Below are positions 28,595 through 37,813 of a stretch of 64,000 nucleotides of DNA, in pieces. Positions within the stretch are counted from its first letter, which is position 1. Each line of letters begins with the position of its first letter. The stretch comes from a virus. Made by a program: the position numbers and the translations under genes. The stretch spans positions 21,289 through 85,288 of IMG/VR virus record IMGVR_UViG_3300044673_000327; one strand, 5' to 3'. The notes beneath the pieces are model-generated. The model was given only the letters and a program-made list of their open reading frames with translations. It searched no databases and had not been told where the DNA came from.

Positions 28595-28814
28595 GATCGT
28601 TCGGGGTTTCGGGAACGATCGCTAGTCTTCCTATGTTCGAGTCGATTAAAAGGAATTTTCCGGTAGGGTTTTATCGGAAATTGTCTGGAGTTCTGGAGGG
28701 GGGGAAAGAGATCGCTATCTCCGGAGCGGGAGGCGATCGCCTAAAAGGTTATCGGTGGGATTCGATCGCCGTCGGGGAGATCGCCGGGGGATGGGTGAGA
28801 GACGATCCCTTTTT

Positions 28815-28847
28815 TAGGTAAGCCCTTCGGGTTATTCGAGGATGTAA
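28815..28847 (+). promoter_or_regulatory. class 1 motif TAGGTWAGCCCTTCGGG-N11-TGTAA
   Basis: exact 17-mer core, 10 copies in window. Confidence 0.8.
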
Positions 28848-28863
28848 TCATTCAGGAAATTTT

Positions 28864-29076
28864 ATGACCACTTATGAATACCCGAGAGGGTATCAGATCA
28901 CCCATCACGATAACGGTCAACGATCGATCTCGGTCGTTGACGAGAATGGAAACACGCTATTAGACGCGAGCCTTCCCGCTCGCGACGAATTCGATCGAGA
29001 GTTCACCCGAGACTTCATTCTTTTCTTTTCGGGGATGGTAAGTCCTGAAATATTCGACTTTCACTTCCCCTTTTAA
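28864..29076 (+). CDS. hypothetical protein (cassette gene)
   Basis: 70 aa between class 1 motif and terminator. Confidence 0.7.
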   Translation: MTTYEYPRGYQITHHDNGQRSISVVDENGNTLLDASLPARDEFDREFTRDFILFFSGMVSPEIFDFHFPF

Positions 29077-29081
29077 TTTAT

Positions 29082-29118
29082 TCCCCTCTTCGGAGGGGAT
29101 TTCTTTTTGTCACGGGCT
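29082..29118 (+). terminator. hairpin + T-tract + CACGGGCT cassette end
   Basis: TCCCCTC-TTCG-GAGGGGA, T-tract, CACGGGCT. Confidence 0.8.
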
Positions 29119-29189
29119 GAGGGATGGGTGAGTATCGATCGCCTTCCTTTCATAGCGATCGCCTATCGGTGGGAGACCACGACTCTTTT

Positions 29190-29222
29190 TAGGTAAGCCC
29201 TTCGGGGAGATGGTCGGTGAAT
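29190..29222 (+). promoter_or_regulatory. class 1 motif
   Basis: TAGGTAAGCCCTTCGGG-N11-TGAAT. Confidence 0.8.
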
Positions 29223-29250
29223 ATTCAGCCTTTAAGGAGGCACTTCTATC

Positions 29251-29862
29251 ATGACTACCGTAACCAGCACCACCGTTTCCGCTTCCGTTGCCGTTTCCGT
29301 AGCTCAGTCGTATCCGTATATGACTTTCTACGCGAACGGGAAACGCGCGCGCGTGCAGTTATTCATCGGGTTCGATTGTGGACGTGAACGCGCGGAAGCG
29401 ATCGTGAACTCGATCGTTGCCAAGTATCCCACCGCTTCTTTAGCGAAGTGGGAGGACGGTAGCAAGGTCTTCACCGAACGCTACTGGTGCAATACCCAGA
29501 AGCGTCTCGTGCGTAGCGATCGCAAGGGATTCGTCTTGAATATCCCGATGGGCGACATGGTTGTTCCCTCGGAATCCAAGCCCGGTTTCCGCAAGCTCGA
29601 CGTGTTGCGCGCTTGGGTTAATGCGACCCAGAAGCCCCGCCTTGTCGGGCAACTGGAAGCGAATCTCGCCACGTCAGCGTCGGGTTCGGGCGCGGAAGTG
29701 GACGTGACCGCGGGAACTCAACCCCCCGCGAGCGATCGCCGTTCCGAGTTAGAGGCTATGGCATGGTCTGACCTTCTGAAACTCGCCCAATCGCTCAATA
29801 AGCCTAAGTCTCTCAAGAAGAAAGCTGAACTCGTAGCCTTCATCCTAGAGAACGAATTCTAA
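29251..29862 (+). CDS. protein with C-terminal Rho-N/HEH-like domain
   Basis: ELEAMAWSDLLKLAQSL..KKKAELVAFI; AGGAGG SD. Confidence 0.7.
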   Translation: MTTVTSTTVSASVAVSVAQSYPYMTFYANGKRARVQLFIGFDCGRERAEAIVNSIVAKYPTASLAKWEDGSKVFTERYWCNTQKRLVRSDRKGFVLNIPMGDMVVPSESKPGFRKLDVLRAWVNATQKPRLVGQLEANLATSASGSGAEVDVTAGTQPPASDRRSELEAMAWSDLLKLAQSLNKPKSLKKKAELVAFILENEF

Positions 29863-29879
29863 TCTCTTTCCTCTCTTCT

Positions 29880-29922
29880 CCTTCCTCCTCTTCCGGGGGA
29901 AGGTTTCTTTTTGCCACGGGCT
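29880..29922 (+). terminator. hairpin + T-tract + CCACGGGCT cassette end
   Basis: CCTTCC..GGAAGG stem, TTTCTTTTT, GCCACGGGCT. Confidence 0.75.
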
Positions 29923-29977
29923 GAGAGTACGGGAAGGGAATATGCCGCGTCCTCCCGTCACGAACCATGACTCTTTT

Positions 29978-30010
29978 TAGGTAAGCCCTTCGGGTTATTC
30001 GAGGGTGTAA
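29978..30010 (+). promoter_or_regulatory. class 1 motif
   Basis: TAGGTAAGCCCTTCGGG-N11-TGTAA. Confidence 0.8.
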
Positions 30011-30033
30011 CTTACCACTAAGGTACTTCTATC

Positions 30034-30213
30034 ATGACTACCAAATCTGTTCGTCGCATCATCTTAACCGCTCATGTCGTTGGTTATAAACCAGTGACCA
30101 CCACGGCTAAGAACGATAAAGAAGTTCAACTCAGAATCGTACAATCCCTCGAACATTTCTCGAAACTCGGTGTTCAATCCGATAAAGTAGAAATTCAACG
30201 CGCTTATCTATAA
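30034..30213 (+). CDS. small hypothetical protein (59 aa, cassette gene)
   Basis: MTTKSVRRIILTAHVVGYKP...; not in ORF track; fills the cassette. Confidence 0.7.
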   Translation: MTTKSVRRIILTAHVVGYKPVTTTAKNDKEVQLRIVQSLEHFSKLGVQSDKVEIQRAYL

Positions 30214-30224
30214 TCCATCTCCCT

Positions 30225-30270
30225 ATCCTTCCCTCATCTCGGGGGAAGGATTTCTTTTTTACCACGGGCT
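30225..30270 (+). terminator. hairpin + T-tract + CCACGGGCT cassette end
   Basis: ATCCTTCCC..GGGAAGGAT, T-tract, CCACGGGCT. Confidence 0.8.
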
Positions 30271-30357
30271 TTCGTTTTATTCCTATTACTAACACCTCAT
30301 CCCTGTAGTATGTCGCGTTAGAATATAAGGGTAGTATTTGTATTCCTTGAAAGATAC

Positions 30358-30933
30358 ATGGACGTTACGATTAAGCTGATTACTAGCGTTTCTCAACGGG
30401 ACAGTTTACAGGCGATCGCCGATCGCTACCGAGCCGCGAGGGAATGGTTGGACGAGACGGCAGATCCGAGGCTTATCAGTTACTCGGGGATCTACCAACT
30501 CTATTACGGGGAGTTACGGGAACGTTTCGGATTAGGAGCGCACCAATCCCAACAGGTCTGTCAGGAGGTTTCGATCGCGAGGGGGGTGGCTCGAAAGAAC
30601 GATGGGGTCGTAACTTTCGAGCGGGATTCGTTCACCCTACATAGCGGGGGTTTTAGCGTCTTCGTGGGGAAGTCGTCCAAACAGAACCTATCCCTCAGTA
30701 TAACCGGGCTATCGGGGCGGGAGTATTACGCCCTCAAGTCGGGAGTCCGTTACTACAGTGTCTTCGTCAAGAAGGGAACGATCGCCAAGAAAGCGCGGGT
30801 GTTCCTCGGCGATGACGGTATCTGGCGAGTGACCGTGACCCTCGCCGATCGTCCCGCGGGGAAAGAGCCGAATCACAAGGAGGCGATCCGAACCTTTAAC
30901 GCGGATTGCGTGAGTCGGAAGATCGGGATCTAG
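30358..30933 (+). CDS. TnpB-like N-terminal fragment lacking RuvC/Zn ribbon
   Basis: TIKL..Q..L....RY..A..W, YQLYYGELRERFGLGAHQSQQV resemble the IS200/IS605 TnpB N-terminus; stops before any GIDxG. Confidence 0.6.
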   Translation: MDVTIKLITSVSQRDSLQAIADRYRAAREWLDETADPRLISYSGIYQLYYGELRERFGLGAHQSQQVCQEVSIARGVARKNDGVVTFERDSFTLHSGGFSVFVGKSSKQNLSLSITGLSGREYYALKSGVRYYSVFVKKGTIAKKARVFLGDDGIWRVTVTLADRPAGKEPNHKEAIRTFNADCVSRKIGI

Positions 30934-31595
30934 TACATCGGGGGTGGAAAGTTTTTCTTCACCCCCGTTCTCGATCGCGCGACGACCTTTCCTAACCGCG
31001 CGACAGGCTGTTGAAATAGTTAGAATCACCAAAATTTTTTTCTCATGCAGAGCGGGGTTTCCACGAAATCGCTAGATATATTATTAGATATTTTTTAAAT
31101 TCTTCTTTCTTCTCCCGAACACCTGTACTGTACGAGGAACTTAGTACGATCGGGGGAGGGGAAAGGGAGAGGAGAGGAAGGAATGAGTTTTTATTTTCTT
31201 TTTCAGTCGTGGGATGGATAGACCCCCGAGTGTTAGCGAGGGGATGGGGGTGATGGAGAGATGGTAGACGGGAGCGAACGCTATCCCCCTCCCGCGGGAC
31301 GGAGAGACTAGGGCGAGGTTTAAATCCCCTCTAGTAGGCTTCGGGATAGTCGGCTATCTCTTTACCCCACTCGTGGGATTCAAGACCTTTAAGCGAGGTT
31401 TATAACCCACTAGAGAGGGCTAAGGACTAGGATTATCCTCTCGTGTTAACCCAAGTCTTTTCGAGGGGAAGAGATCGCCCGCCCCGTGTAGTATGTTTGT
31501 AGTTCACTTATCAAGAGCGTTGACGTTCCCCGATCGCCCCGTTATTAAACATCGCAACTATGCTACGTCCTCTATAGTTGCTGTTAGAATTAAAG

Positions 31596-31622
31596 GATAG
31601 CTACGCTATATAGGGTATGAGT
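31596..31622 (+). promoter_or_regulatory. class 2 motif
   Basis: GATAGCTACGCT-N10-TGAGT upstream of ssb. Confidence 0.75.
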
Positions 31623-31738
31623 TAATTCGTTGGGGTAATTAACTCTATCTTCTTCTTTCATAGAGCTTTCGGTATTAGTAGATCGTTCTAGGAAGGGAAA
31701 GATATTTCCGAACTTGTCGTCTACCCCCGACTCTTTTT

Positions 31739-31771
31739 TAGGTAAGCCCTTCGGGGTAATAGTAATTGTAA
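31739..31771 (+). promoter_or_regulatory. class 1 motif
   Basis: TAGGTAAGCCCTTCGGG-N11-TGTAA. Confidence 0.8.
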
Positions 31772-31796
31772 TCAACTCAACTTGAGGTTTAATTCT

Positions 31797-32285
31797 ATGC
31801 GTAGCATGAACGTCCATATCATCTCGGGCAACATCGGCGGATATATCACCAAAGTTCGCAACGAACAAGGTGAACTCGAACGTAAGTTCTTCGACCGTCC
31901 AGTGATGAGCAAGACTTCTTCTGGCAAGAAGCTTATCATCCTGACCGTCGCCGTGACCGTCGGTGTCAAGAAAGGTGACGAGTGGACGAACGAAACCCTC
32001 TGGAAGGAATTCCGCTTCTGGGATAACGATGCCTCTTTCCTCGCGGAGTATTCCGCTCAGGGAAATTTCATCGAGATCCAGTACGAGGAAATCCCGAACG
32101 TTTGGATGGACGAGAACGGCAAGAAACGCTACGGCGATCCCGATCTCCGCGTCGTCCGGTTCGTTCTTCCTAAGATGAATCGTTCTGCCAAACCCTCGAA
32201 CGGTGACGATGACTTCGAGGCGATGACCGTCCCGACCGAGGCTCCCGAACTAACTGCCGAAGAGTTAGCCGACATCCCCATGTAA
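31797..32285 (+). CDS. ssb: single-stranded DNA-binding protein
   Basis: MNVHIISGNIG, VAV, TLWxxFRFW OB-fold pattern; acidic tail ELADIPM. Confidence 0.8.
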   Translation: MRSMNVHIISGNIGGYITKVRNEQGELERKFFDRPVMSKTSSGKKLIILTVAVTVGVKKGDEWTNETLWKEFRFWDNDASFLAEYSAQGNFIEIQYEEIPNVWMDENGKKRYGDPDLRVVRFVLPKMNRSAKPSNGDDDFEAMTVPTEAPELTAEELADIPM

Positions 32286-32311
32286 TCCCGATTTCAATCT
32301 CCTAATCCGGC

Positions 32312-32359
32312 TCCCTAGTCCTCTTCGGAAGACTAGGGATTTTCTTCTTTCCACGGGCT
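32312..32359 (+). terminator. hairpin + T-tract + CCACGGGCT cassette end
   Basis: TCCCTAGTC..GACTAGGGA, T-tract, CCACGGGCT. Confidence 0.8.
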
Positions 32360-32387
32360 TTCCCCCAACTCTCAACAGGTTATCCCC

Positions 32388-32654
32388 ATGAGCTACGAAT
32401 ACCAGTACGACACCGATCGCTATCCCGTTCCCGCCTATCCCGAGAACGAACACCTGGACGAACCGACCCTCACTCCCTACGACAAGGGGCTATTCGACGG
32501 AGTGACCTATAACCTTTCCGAGGAATTGATCCGGCACATCGACGATGCCGATTACGTTCGGGGATACCTCGATGGAGTGCGGGAGGCGATCGCTTCCAAG
32601 AGATACCTTCTCTCCCTACAGGGGAAGGTTAAACCCCATCCCGATAGCTTCTGA
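32388..32654 (+). CDS. hypothetical protein
   Basis: 88 aa; YDKGLFDG / YVRGYLDG repeat. Confidence 0.65.
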   Translation: MSYEYQYDTDRYPVPAYPENEHLDEPTLTPYDKGLFDGVTYNLSEELIRHIDDADYVRGYLDGVREAIASKRYLLSLQGKVKPHPDSF

Positions 32655-32818
32655 ACGCGGTACGCTACGCTCGAACTACAATTCGGGGAAGTAGGATTGA
32701 CCCGGTTCTCTCCGTTCCCCGTCAATCCCCCGCGTACCCTCTAGAATATTTTCGGGGTAGCCTTTTCCATCCCCCCGAATATCTCTTTTCCCTACACGCG
32801 CGGGTATTATATCTCTAT

Positions 32819-32852
32819 TAGGTTAGCCCTTCGGGGCGTTCGGCAGTTGTAA
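32819..32852 (+). promoter_or_regulatory. class 1 motif
   Basis: TAGGTTAGCCCTTCGGG-N12-TGTAA. Confidence 0.8.
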
Positions 32853-32870
32853 TTCCACTTGAGGTTTATT

Positions 32871-33074
32871 ATGCGATTAATAACGATTGTCGGTGATGCG
32901 GTTCCCCGTGGCGGGACATATCACGCGGTAGCCGTGTACGAAACTTCTGCGGGTCGTCGTACCAAGACCGTAACTATTCCGGGATTTACCGGAACCTATC
33001 GAGGGTTTTGGGATCGACAACCTTTCGATGAAGTATTGAACATCGACGAAGTTCCTAGTTGGCTATTGAAATAA
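32871..33074 (+). CDS. hypothetical protein (cassette gene)
   Basis: ATG at 32871 with GAGG SD; cassette end variant GTCGCGGGCT at 33124-33133. Confidence 0.7.
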   Translation: MRLITIVGDAVPRGGTYHAVAVYETSAGRRTKTVTIPGFTGTYRGFWDRQPFDEVLNIDEVPSWLLK

Positions 33075-33132
33075 TTCTTTTATCTCTTTCCTTCTCTCAT
33101 CTCGGGGGAAGGATTTCTTTTTTGTCGCGGGC

Positions 33133-34743
33133 TTAATTCCTCGCGTGGAATTCCTCCATCGCAGTCTCCAGTCTCCGACGTACACCCAATCCCTTGAAGG
33201 CGAGGGCGAGGGAATCCACACAATCGTTATAGGCAACGGAACCGAATTGGGTTAGCTCGTTAATCCACGGACTCCAATCGATATACCGATTGAAGTAGAC
33301 TAACCCGTTGTGGAATAGACCCGTCATGCCGAGAAGATGACTCAGCTTATCGCCCCCGAGTTTGATGCCGTACACCTGCATCGAGTACAGTCCCTTCTCG
33401 TTGTGGATGTATTGAGTGAAGTCCATGACAAGGGATGCCTGATACGCCACGTCCTCGATGTAAACACGCCACGGGGTAACGCCATCGTCCCATTCCTCGT
33501 ATAGTTCCAATATCACCTCGCACTTATCGAGGTTGGATACCCACTTCCCGCGTCTACCATCGAGAACGTAGAAATGATCGCCTCTTTTCCCGAGTAGGGT
33601 GATGACGGTATAACAGGCTTTTTCTTTCTCCGATACGGCGAGATCGATACCGATAGCGAAGGAATCGAACGCGGTTCCGAGGGGGATGTCTTTGTAGAGA
33701 ATCCACGAGGGATCGATGCTCATCCCCTCGACTCGAACGACAACGTTCTGGTACTGGAACGAGAAGCCGAAGGGGTCTTCCCTCTGGAGTGTCTTGAGCT
33801 TTTCTGTCGGCCACCAATCGGGCCAGTAGGAAACGAGATTCCCCGAACCGTCATCGATAAGCGCCGATTGCTCGATAACCTTCCAGCCCTTTTCGGTCGT
33901 AAAGTCGGTGCAGTATATGTCATCGGGACGCATCCGAGTCCCTACACAGATCATCCGACCCCCATCGAGTAGGGTCGGTTTGATAACCGAATGGAACTTG
34001 GTTTGAATCTTCTCTCTCGTCTTGAGACTGGCGATGTCATCGGGAGATTTGATGATGTCGTCGAAGATAATAAGATGAGTACGCTTACCGACAATGGAAC
34101 CGGTGATACCCGTCGCGAGCATCGTGTAATCCTCGCCCCCCGTGTTATCGATTCCCGCCCACTTGCGATCGATCGTCCAGTAAGTATCGCTCCATTTATT
34201 CCCCTTGCGAATACAGGGAAAGACTTTCCGGTATTCTTCCCCGGTGAGGGTGTCTTTGATGATACCGCTTCTAGCTAGAGCGATCGCTTGAGAGGCGGAA
34301 GCGTAAAGAATCTGTAAGGCGATACCTTCGAGGGCGTGAGTACCGATCGCCCATGCCACGAACATATCGATGCGGGTACTCTTCGCCGAACCGCGAGGGC
34401 TGAGGATCAGGATATTATCCCCAGCTATCCCTCGAAGGTGTCGGCTATCGTTGCCCGTGACGAGGTGTTCGTCCCATCTCTTGTGATGCTCCGCCCCCGC
34501 GAGAGATTTATCGGGGGGTAGATTACGGGTGACATACCAACAGAAGTAATCGAAGTCTTTCCTCGCCCGAAGAATCTCCTCGTCGTCGGTATGCCATCGA
34601 TTCTCTTTTGCGATCGCCCCCTGCCGTTCTAGTTCTCTCTCCTCGGCGCGGGCGATCTCTATATCCACGAGAGCGCGACGGTATCGGTTCTTCTTGCCCG
34701 TACCGCTCGACCTGTTCCCCCTCGTTCCCGTCCTCGATGCCAC
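33133..34743 (-). CDS. terL: terminase large subunit
   Basis: SPRGSAKST Walker A, LIIFDD Walker B, GTR, IGIDLA, NDCVDS nuclease motifs. Confidence 0.95.
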   Translation of the reverse strand: MASRTGTRGNRSSGTGKKNRYRRALVDIEIARAEERELERQGAIAKENRWHTDDEEILRARKDFDYFCWYVTRNLPPDKSLAGAEHHKRWDEHLVTGNDSRHLRGIAGDNILILSPRGSAKSTRIDMFVAWAIGTHALEGIALQILYASASQAIALARSGIIKDTLTGEEYRKVFPCIRKGNKWSDTYWTIDRKWAGIDNTGGEDYTMLATGITGSIVGKRTHLIIFDDIIKSPDDIASLKTREKIQTKFHSVIKPTLLDGGRMICVGTRMRPDDIYCTDFTTEKGWKVIEQSALIDDGSGNLVSYWPDWWPTEKLKTLQREDPFGFSFQYQNVVVRVEGMSIDPSWILYKDIPLGTAFDSFAIGIDLAVSEKEKACYTVITLLGKRGDHFYVLDGRRGKWVSNLDKCEVILELYEEWDDGVTPWRVYIEDVAYQASLVMDFTQYIHNEKGLYSMQVYGIKLGGDKLSHLLGMTGLFHNGLVYFNRYIDWSPWINELTQFGSVAYNDCVDSLALAFKGLGVRRRLETAMEEFHARN

Positions 34744-35119
34744 TAAAGATCGCCCCCGTCTCTACACGGGTCTTATCTTTCCTACATCGGGGGACTCGGG
34801 GTACAATCTAACGAATTCAGGTTTCATGATAGAAGGCTCGGGTGTTCCATCTCTTCAGCGCGAGCGAAGCGCTGGCGTAGCCAGTTCGCCCCACCTTTTT
34901 CCTATTCCGATCGCGTACAATGAAGAAGTACACCGAGACGGTCGGTAAATTGTACTAGGTTCGGAGAGGGGGCGATCGTGGATCACCCCCTCTCTTTATG
35001 GTTGGATTATTTGTTTTTAGAATCACCATTCTGCACACCGAATAATATTCCTGATAGTAATCCTTTTGAATCGGGAAAGACGATCGCTAATCCCTTCTTT
35101 CGAGTATCGAGTCTTTTTT

Positions 35120-35152
35120 TAGGTTAGCCCTTCGGGTTGATCTGTAATGTAA
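35120..35152 (+). promoter_or_regulatory. class 1 motif
   Basis: TAGGTTAGCCCTTCGGG-N11-TGTAA. Confidence 0.8.
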
Positions 35153-35202
35153 ACCACCCCACTCTCTTCACGGGGTATTTTCAACCAAAGGATTAATCGA
35201 TC

Positions 35203-35523
35203 ATGAATACTTTCCATCACATCATTGACCTCTGCATTATTCTCTCCGCTTTATCTTTAACCCTTCTCTCCTTTCTTCCTCTCCTCTTTAAAGGGATTAT
35301 CTGCCTCCAGAAGTTCCCGAGCAAAGTCCGTCAATGCCGAGCCGACAAACGACAAGCTCTCTACCGTCAAGCTGTTGCTCGTGAGTTCGATGCGTTGATG
35401 AAACATCCCTATCACGATCTCAAGAAGTACGTTCGACATCTCGCCCTACCGACCGACGATATGAAGAAGCCTACGATAGCGTGGGCGATCGCTAACTATC
35501 ACGTTCAGAGTTACGGTCTCTAG
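35203..35523 (+). CDS. membrane-anchored protein with Rho-N/HEH-like C-terminus (cassette gene)
   Basis: N-terminal TM; LMKHPYHDLKKYVRHL..MKKPTIAWAI; cassette end CCACGGGCT at 35562-35570. Confidence 0.6.
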   Translation: MNTFHHIIDLCIILSALSLTLLSFLPLLFKGIICLQKFPSKVRQCRADKRQALYRQAVAREFDALMKHPYHDLKKYVRHLALPTDDMKKPTIAWAIANYHVQSYGL

Positions 35524-35660
35524 TCTCTTCCCCCCCTCCCATCGGAGGGGATTGTCTTTTCCCACGGGCTTTCGATAGAATCCCCGGTTAGTCTCGCACT
35601 AACATCTCGACCTTTGACGGACTGCTTTAACTTTAAGCTACGGGGAGCGTGACTATTCTA

Positions 35661-36254
35661 TCACCCTTCCTTCGCCTCGATCAAGATCGTCTCGATCGCT
35701 TTCTCTAAAGCCTCCTCGAAAGAACTCCCCTTGAAGATCTCCCGTAACCCATCCGCCATGCGCATCATCCCCGCTTTCTCGAACTCCTCTTTCTCTTGAA
35801 GATTGCCGATGCGGATGAAGGTATCGATCGCCTTGACCGCGCTGTTACGGAGGTGCGGGAGAACCTGTAGGAACTTCTCGTCGGGGATGGAATCCTGCCC
35901 GGCTTTCACTCTCATGGTCGCCATGTCCAGATCCTCTACCGTATCCACGATCAACTTCTGTATCGTGCCGATAGGATCGAATCCCCGATAGTCCGCTAAC
36001 TTCTCGTTGAGGGCTAAAGCTCTGGCTCCCGCGGTCTTATATCTCTCGTACCAATTACTCACCCCGTCGATCGATACCTTGAACTCGGGACTGAGATCGA
36101 GAAGGTATCTCTGGATGTCCGATAGTCGCGGGTTAGGACGGTTGGCGATCGCCAGTAATCCCGCGTCCTGATCGGGAGTTAGCATCTCGCGGAACCTATC
36201 GATCTTTGTCGGGGGAGATTTACGGGGTTTGAGTATCGGTTTAGCGTCAGCCAT
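35661..36254 (-). CDS. putative terminase small subunit (Mu gp27/DUF3486-like)
   Basis: helical 197 aa with HTH-like N-terminus, upstream of terL on same strand. Confidence 0.5.
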   Translation of the reverse strand: MADAKPILKPRKSPPTKIDRFREMLTPDQDAGLLAIANRPNPRLSDIQRYLLDLSPEFKVSIDGVSNWYERYKTAGARALALNEKLADYRGFDPIGTIQKLIVDTVEDLDMATMRVKAGQDSIPDEKFLQVLPHLRNSAVKAIDTFIRIGNLQEKEEFEKAGMMRMADGLREIFKGSSFEEALEKAIETILIEAKEG

Positions 36255-36585
36255 AATAGAGGAGAGGAAGGAATGAATGAATGAATTAATTTATTTTTCC
36301 GTTCTTAATCGGGGTAATTAAGACGGGGGATTAGTATTCCTTTCTTTCTAGGTTTCGTTATAAGCCGAGGTGACAGATGGTATATAAAATCGTTTGGCAA
36401 AGCAAGATAACCGGCTATCGATCGGAGGGAAGTCCGAGTGATAATTTGACAGAGCTTGAGGTGTTGACAAATAGAATGAATAAAGAATATCCAGATATAG
36501 ATCACTGGATACTCCCCGTCGATGAGTCAAATCAAAAAGGGGATTAGTATTCCTTTCTTTCTCTCTCTCCGTATCGAATCCTTTT

Positions 36586-36618
36586 TAGGTTAGCCCTTCG
36601 GGTTATAAGTAGGTGTAG
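36586..36618 (+). promoter_or_regulatory. class 1 motif
   Basis: TAGGTTAGCCCTTCGGG-N11-TGTAG. Confidence 0.8.
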
Positions 36619-36635
36619 TTAATCGAGATTGAATT

Positions 36636-36818
36636 ATGTATATCGCTTTTCAATGCGCCGGTGAAGAACTCTACTGGAAGTCGGGTGGTAAGCGCGAGCC
36701 ATTGGTTCTGACTCTTGAAAAAGAGAAAGCCACTCGAATTACGTTGGGTGTGTTTCCTAAAAACTGGTGGTATCGAATGAATGACAAAGTTCAAGATCTG
36801 GATTTTCAGATCGTTTAA
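36636..36818 (+). CDS. small hypothetical protein (cassette gene)
   Basis: 60 aa after class 1 motif. Confidence 0.65.
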   Translation: MYIAFQCAGEELYWKSGGKREPLVLTLEKEKATRITLGVFPKNWWYRMNDKVQDLDFQIV

Positions 36819-36830
36819 TTGGAGGAGTTT

Positions 36831-36980
36831 ATGTATATCAGAATCAAAGACTATCTTCCCGATGCGAACATCTCTCCCGAAGTTCAAGTACGGGTCGATG
36901 ATAACTTCAACCCGAAAGATAAATACACTCTAGACTGGCTAGAGTATTTGGTCTTACTCTGGAACTCAAGAGAAAAATAA
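36831..36980 (+). CDS. small hypothetical protein (49 aa, cassette gene)
   Basis: GGAGGAG SD; MYIRIKDYLPDAN...; cassette end CCACGGGCT at 37040-37048. Confidence 0.65.
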   Translation: MYIRIKDYLPDANISPEVQVRVDDNFNPKDKYTLDWLEYLVLLWNSREK

Positions 36981-37052
36981 TTAATTCATTCCTCTCCTTC
37001 CTCTCCTTCCTCTCTTATCGAGGGGAAGGATTCTTTTTTCCACGGGCTTTAT

Positions 37053-37793
37053 CTATACCCCTCTCCACAACTTACGGGATTCGGCGCGGTTGACATTATC
37101 GAGTCGGATCTGTTGACCGATTCTATTACTCTCGATCTCCATCGTCTGATCGGCCGCTTGACGTTGTAGTCTCTCGCGGTTTTGGGCTTGCGTTCCCTCG
37201 AACCGGACATTCTGATCGCCCTGCGCCCCGATCTGGGCGATGTTATACCCCGATTGCTCTCTCGCCAATCGGGATCTATTCTCGGTATCGACACCCATCC
37301 TCTGGATCTGATTGGTATTATCGACGTTCATACGTTGGATCTGATTGCCGTTATCGACGTTCATCCTCTGGATAGTCTGGTCGCTACCCTCGCGTTGGAT
37401 GCGGGATGTACTCTCGGTATTCGCCCCGATCTCCCCGAGTCGGTACTGATTGGCGAGTCCCATTAATTCCCTCTGGTTCGCCTGTTGTTGGGTGATGAGG
37501 GCAGAATAATCGGAAGAACCCGAACCCGTCGATGAACCGGAAGAATCGGGATTGAAAGATGGATTAGAACCACCACCTCCCGAACCTCCCCCGTTACGGA
37601 GGGCGTTTAATCGTTGGTTTAATTCCTCTTCGGCTATCTGTTCCTGTAGTTTCTTCTGGCGGATCTGGCTATCGTTGAGCATCGAGGCGCCACCTCTTCC
37701 GTAACTAGCCTGTCCCCCCCCGCCCCCAGAACCGAACGGACCGTAAGATTTACCCGGCCCACCTATCTCGATCGGACTCCAACTGATACTCAT
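37053..37793 (-). CDS. putative DNA ejection/pilot protein with 11-residue repeats
   Basis: IQRMNVDNxNQ-like unit x3; G/S/Q-rich. Confidence 0.55.
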   Translation of the reverse strand: MSISWSPIEIGGPGKSYGPFGSGGGGGQASYGRGGASMLNDSQIRQKKLQEQIAEEELNQRLNALRNGGGSGGGGSNPSFNPDSSGSSTGSGSSDYSALITQQQANQRELMGLANQYRLGEIGANTESTSRIQREGSDQTIQRMNVDNGNQIQRMNVDNTNQIQRMGVDTENRSRLAREQSGYNIAQIGAQGDQNVRFEGTQAQNRERLQRQAADQTMEIESNRIGQQIRLDNVNRAESRKLWRGV

Positions 37794-37813
37794 ACTCTTT
37801 CTCTCCTATAGAT

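Noticed and set aside
28815-30270. Classical integron cassette array
   Set aside because: No integrase in the window and no RYYYAAC/GTTRRRY attC ends; the units carry their own promoter-like boxes
30270-31100. Active IS200/IS605 element
   Set aside because: No tnpA, RuvC or Zn ribbon, and no recognisable IS ends
31313-31445. CRISPR array at the GCGAGGTTTA repeats
   Set aside because: Only 10 bp identical, the intervening sequences resemble each other, and there is no GAAAC-type end
32664-32671. Seventh class 2 motif (GCTACGCT)
   Set aside because: Lacks the preceding WA and the TGART box at +10
34800-35100. ncRNA or pac site upstream of terL
   Set aside because: Several hairpins are present but there is no recognisable family or repeat support
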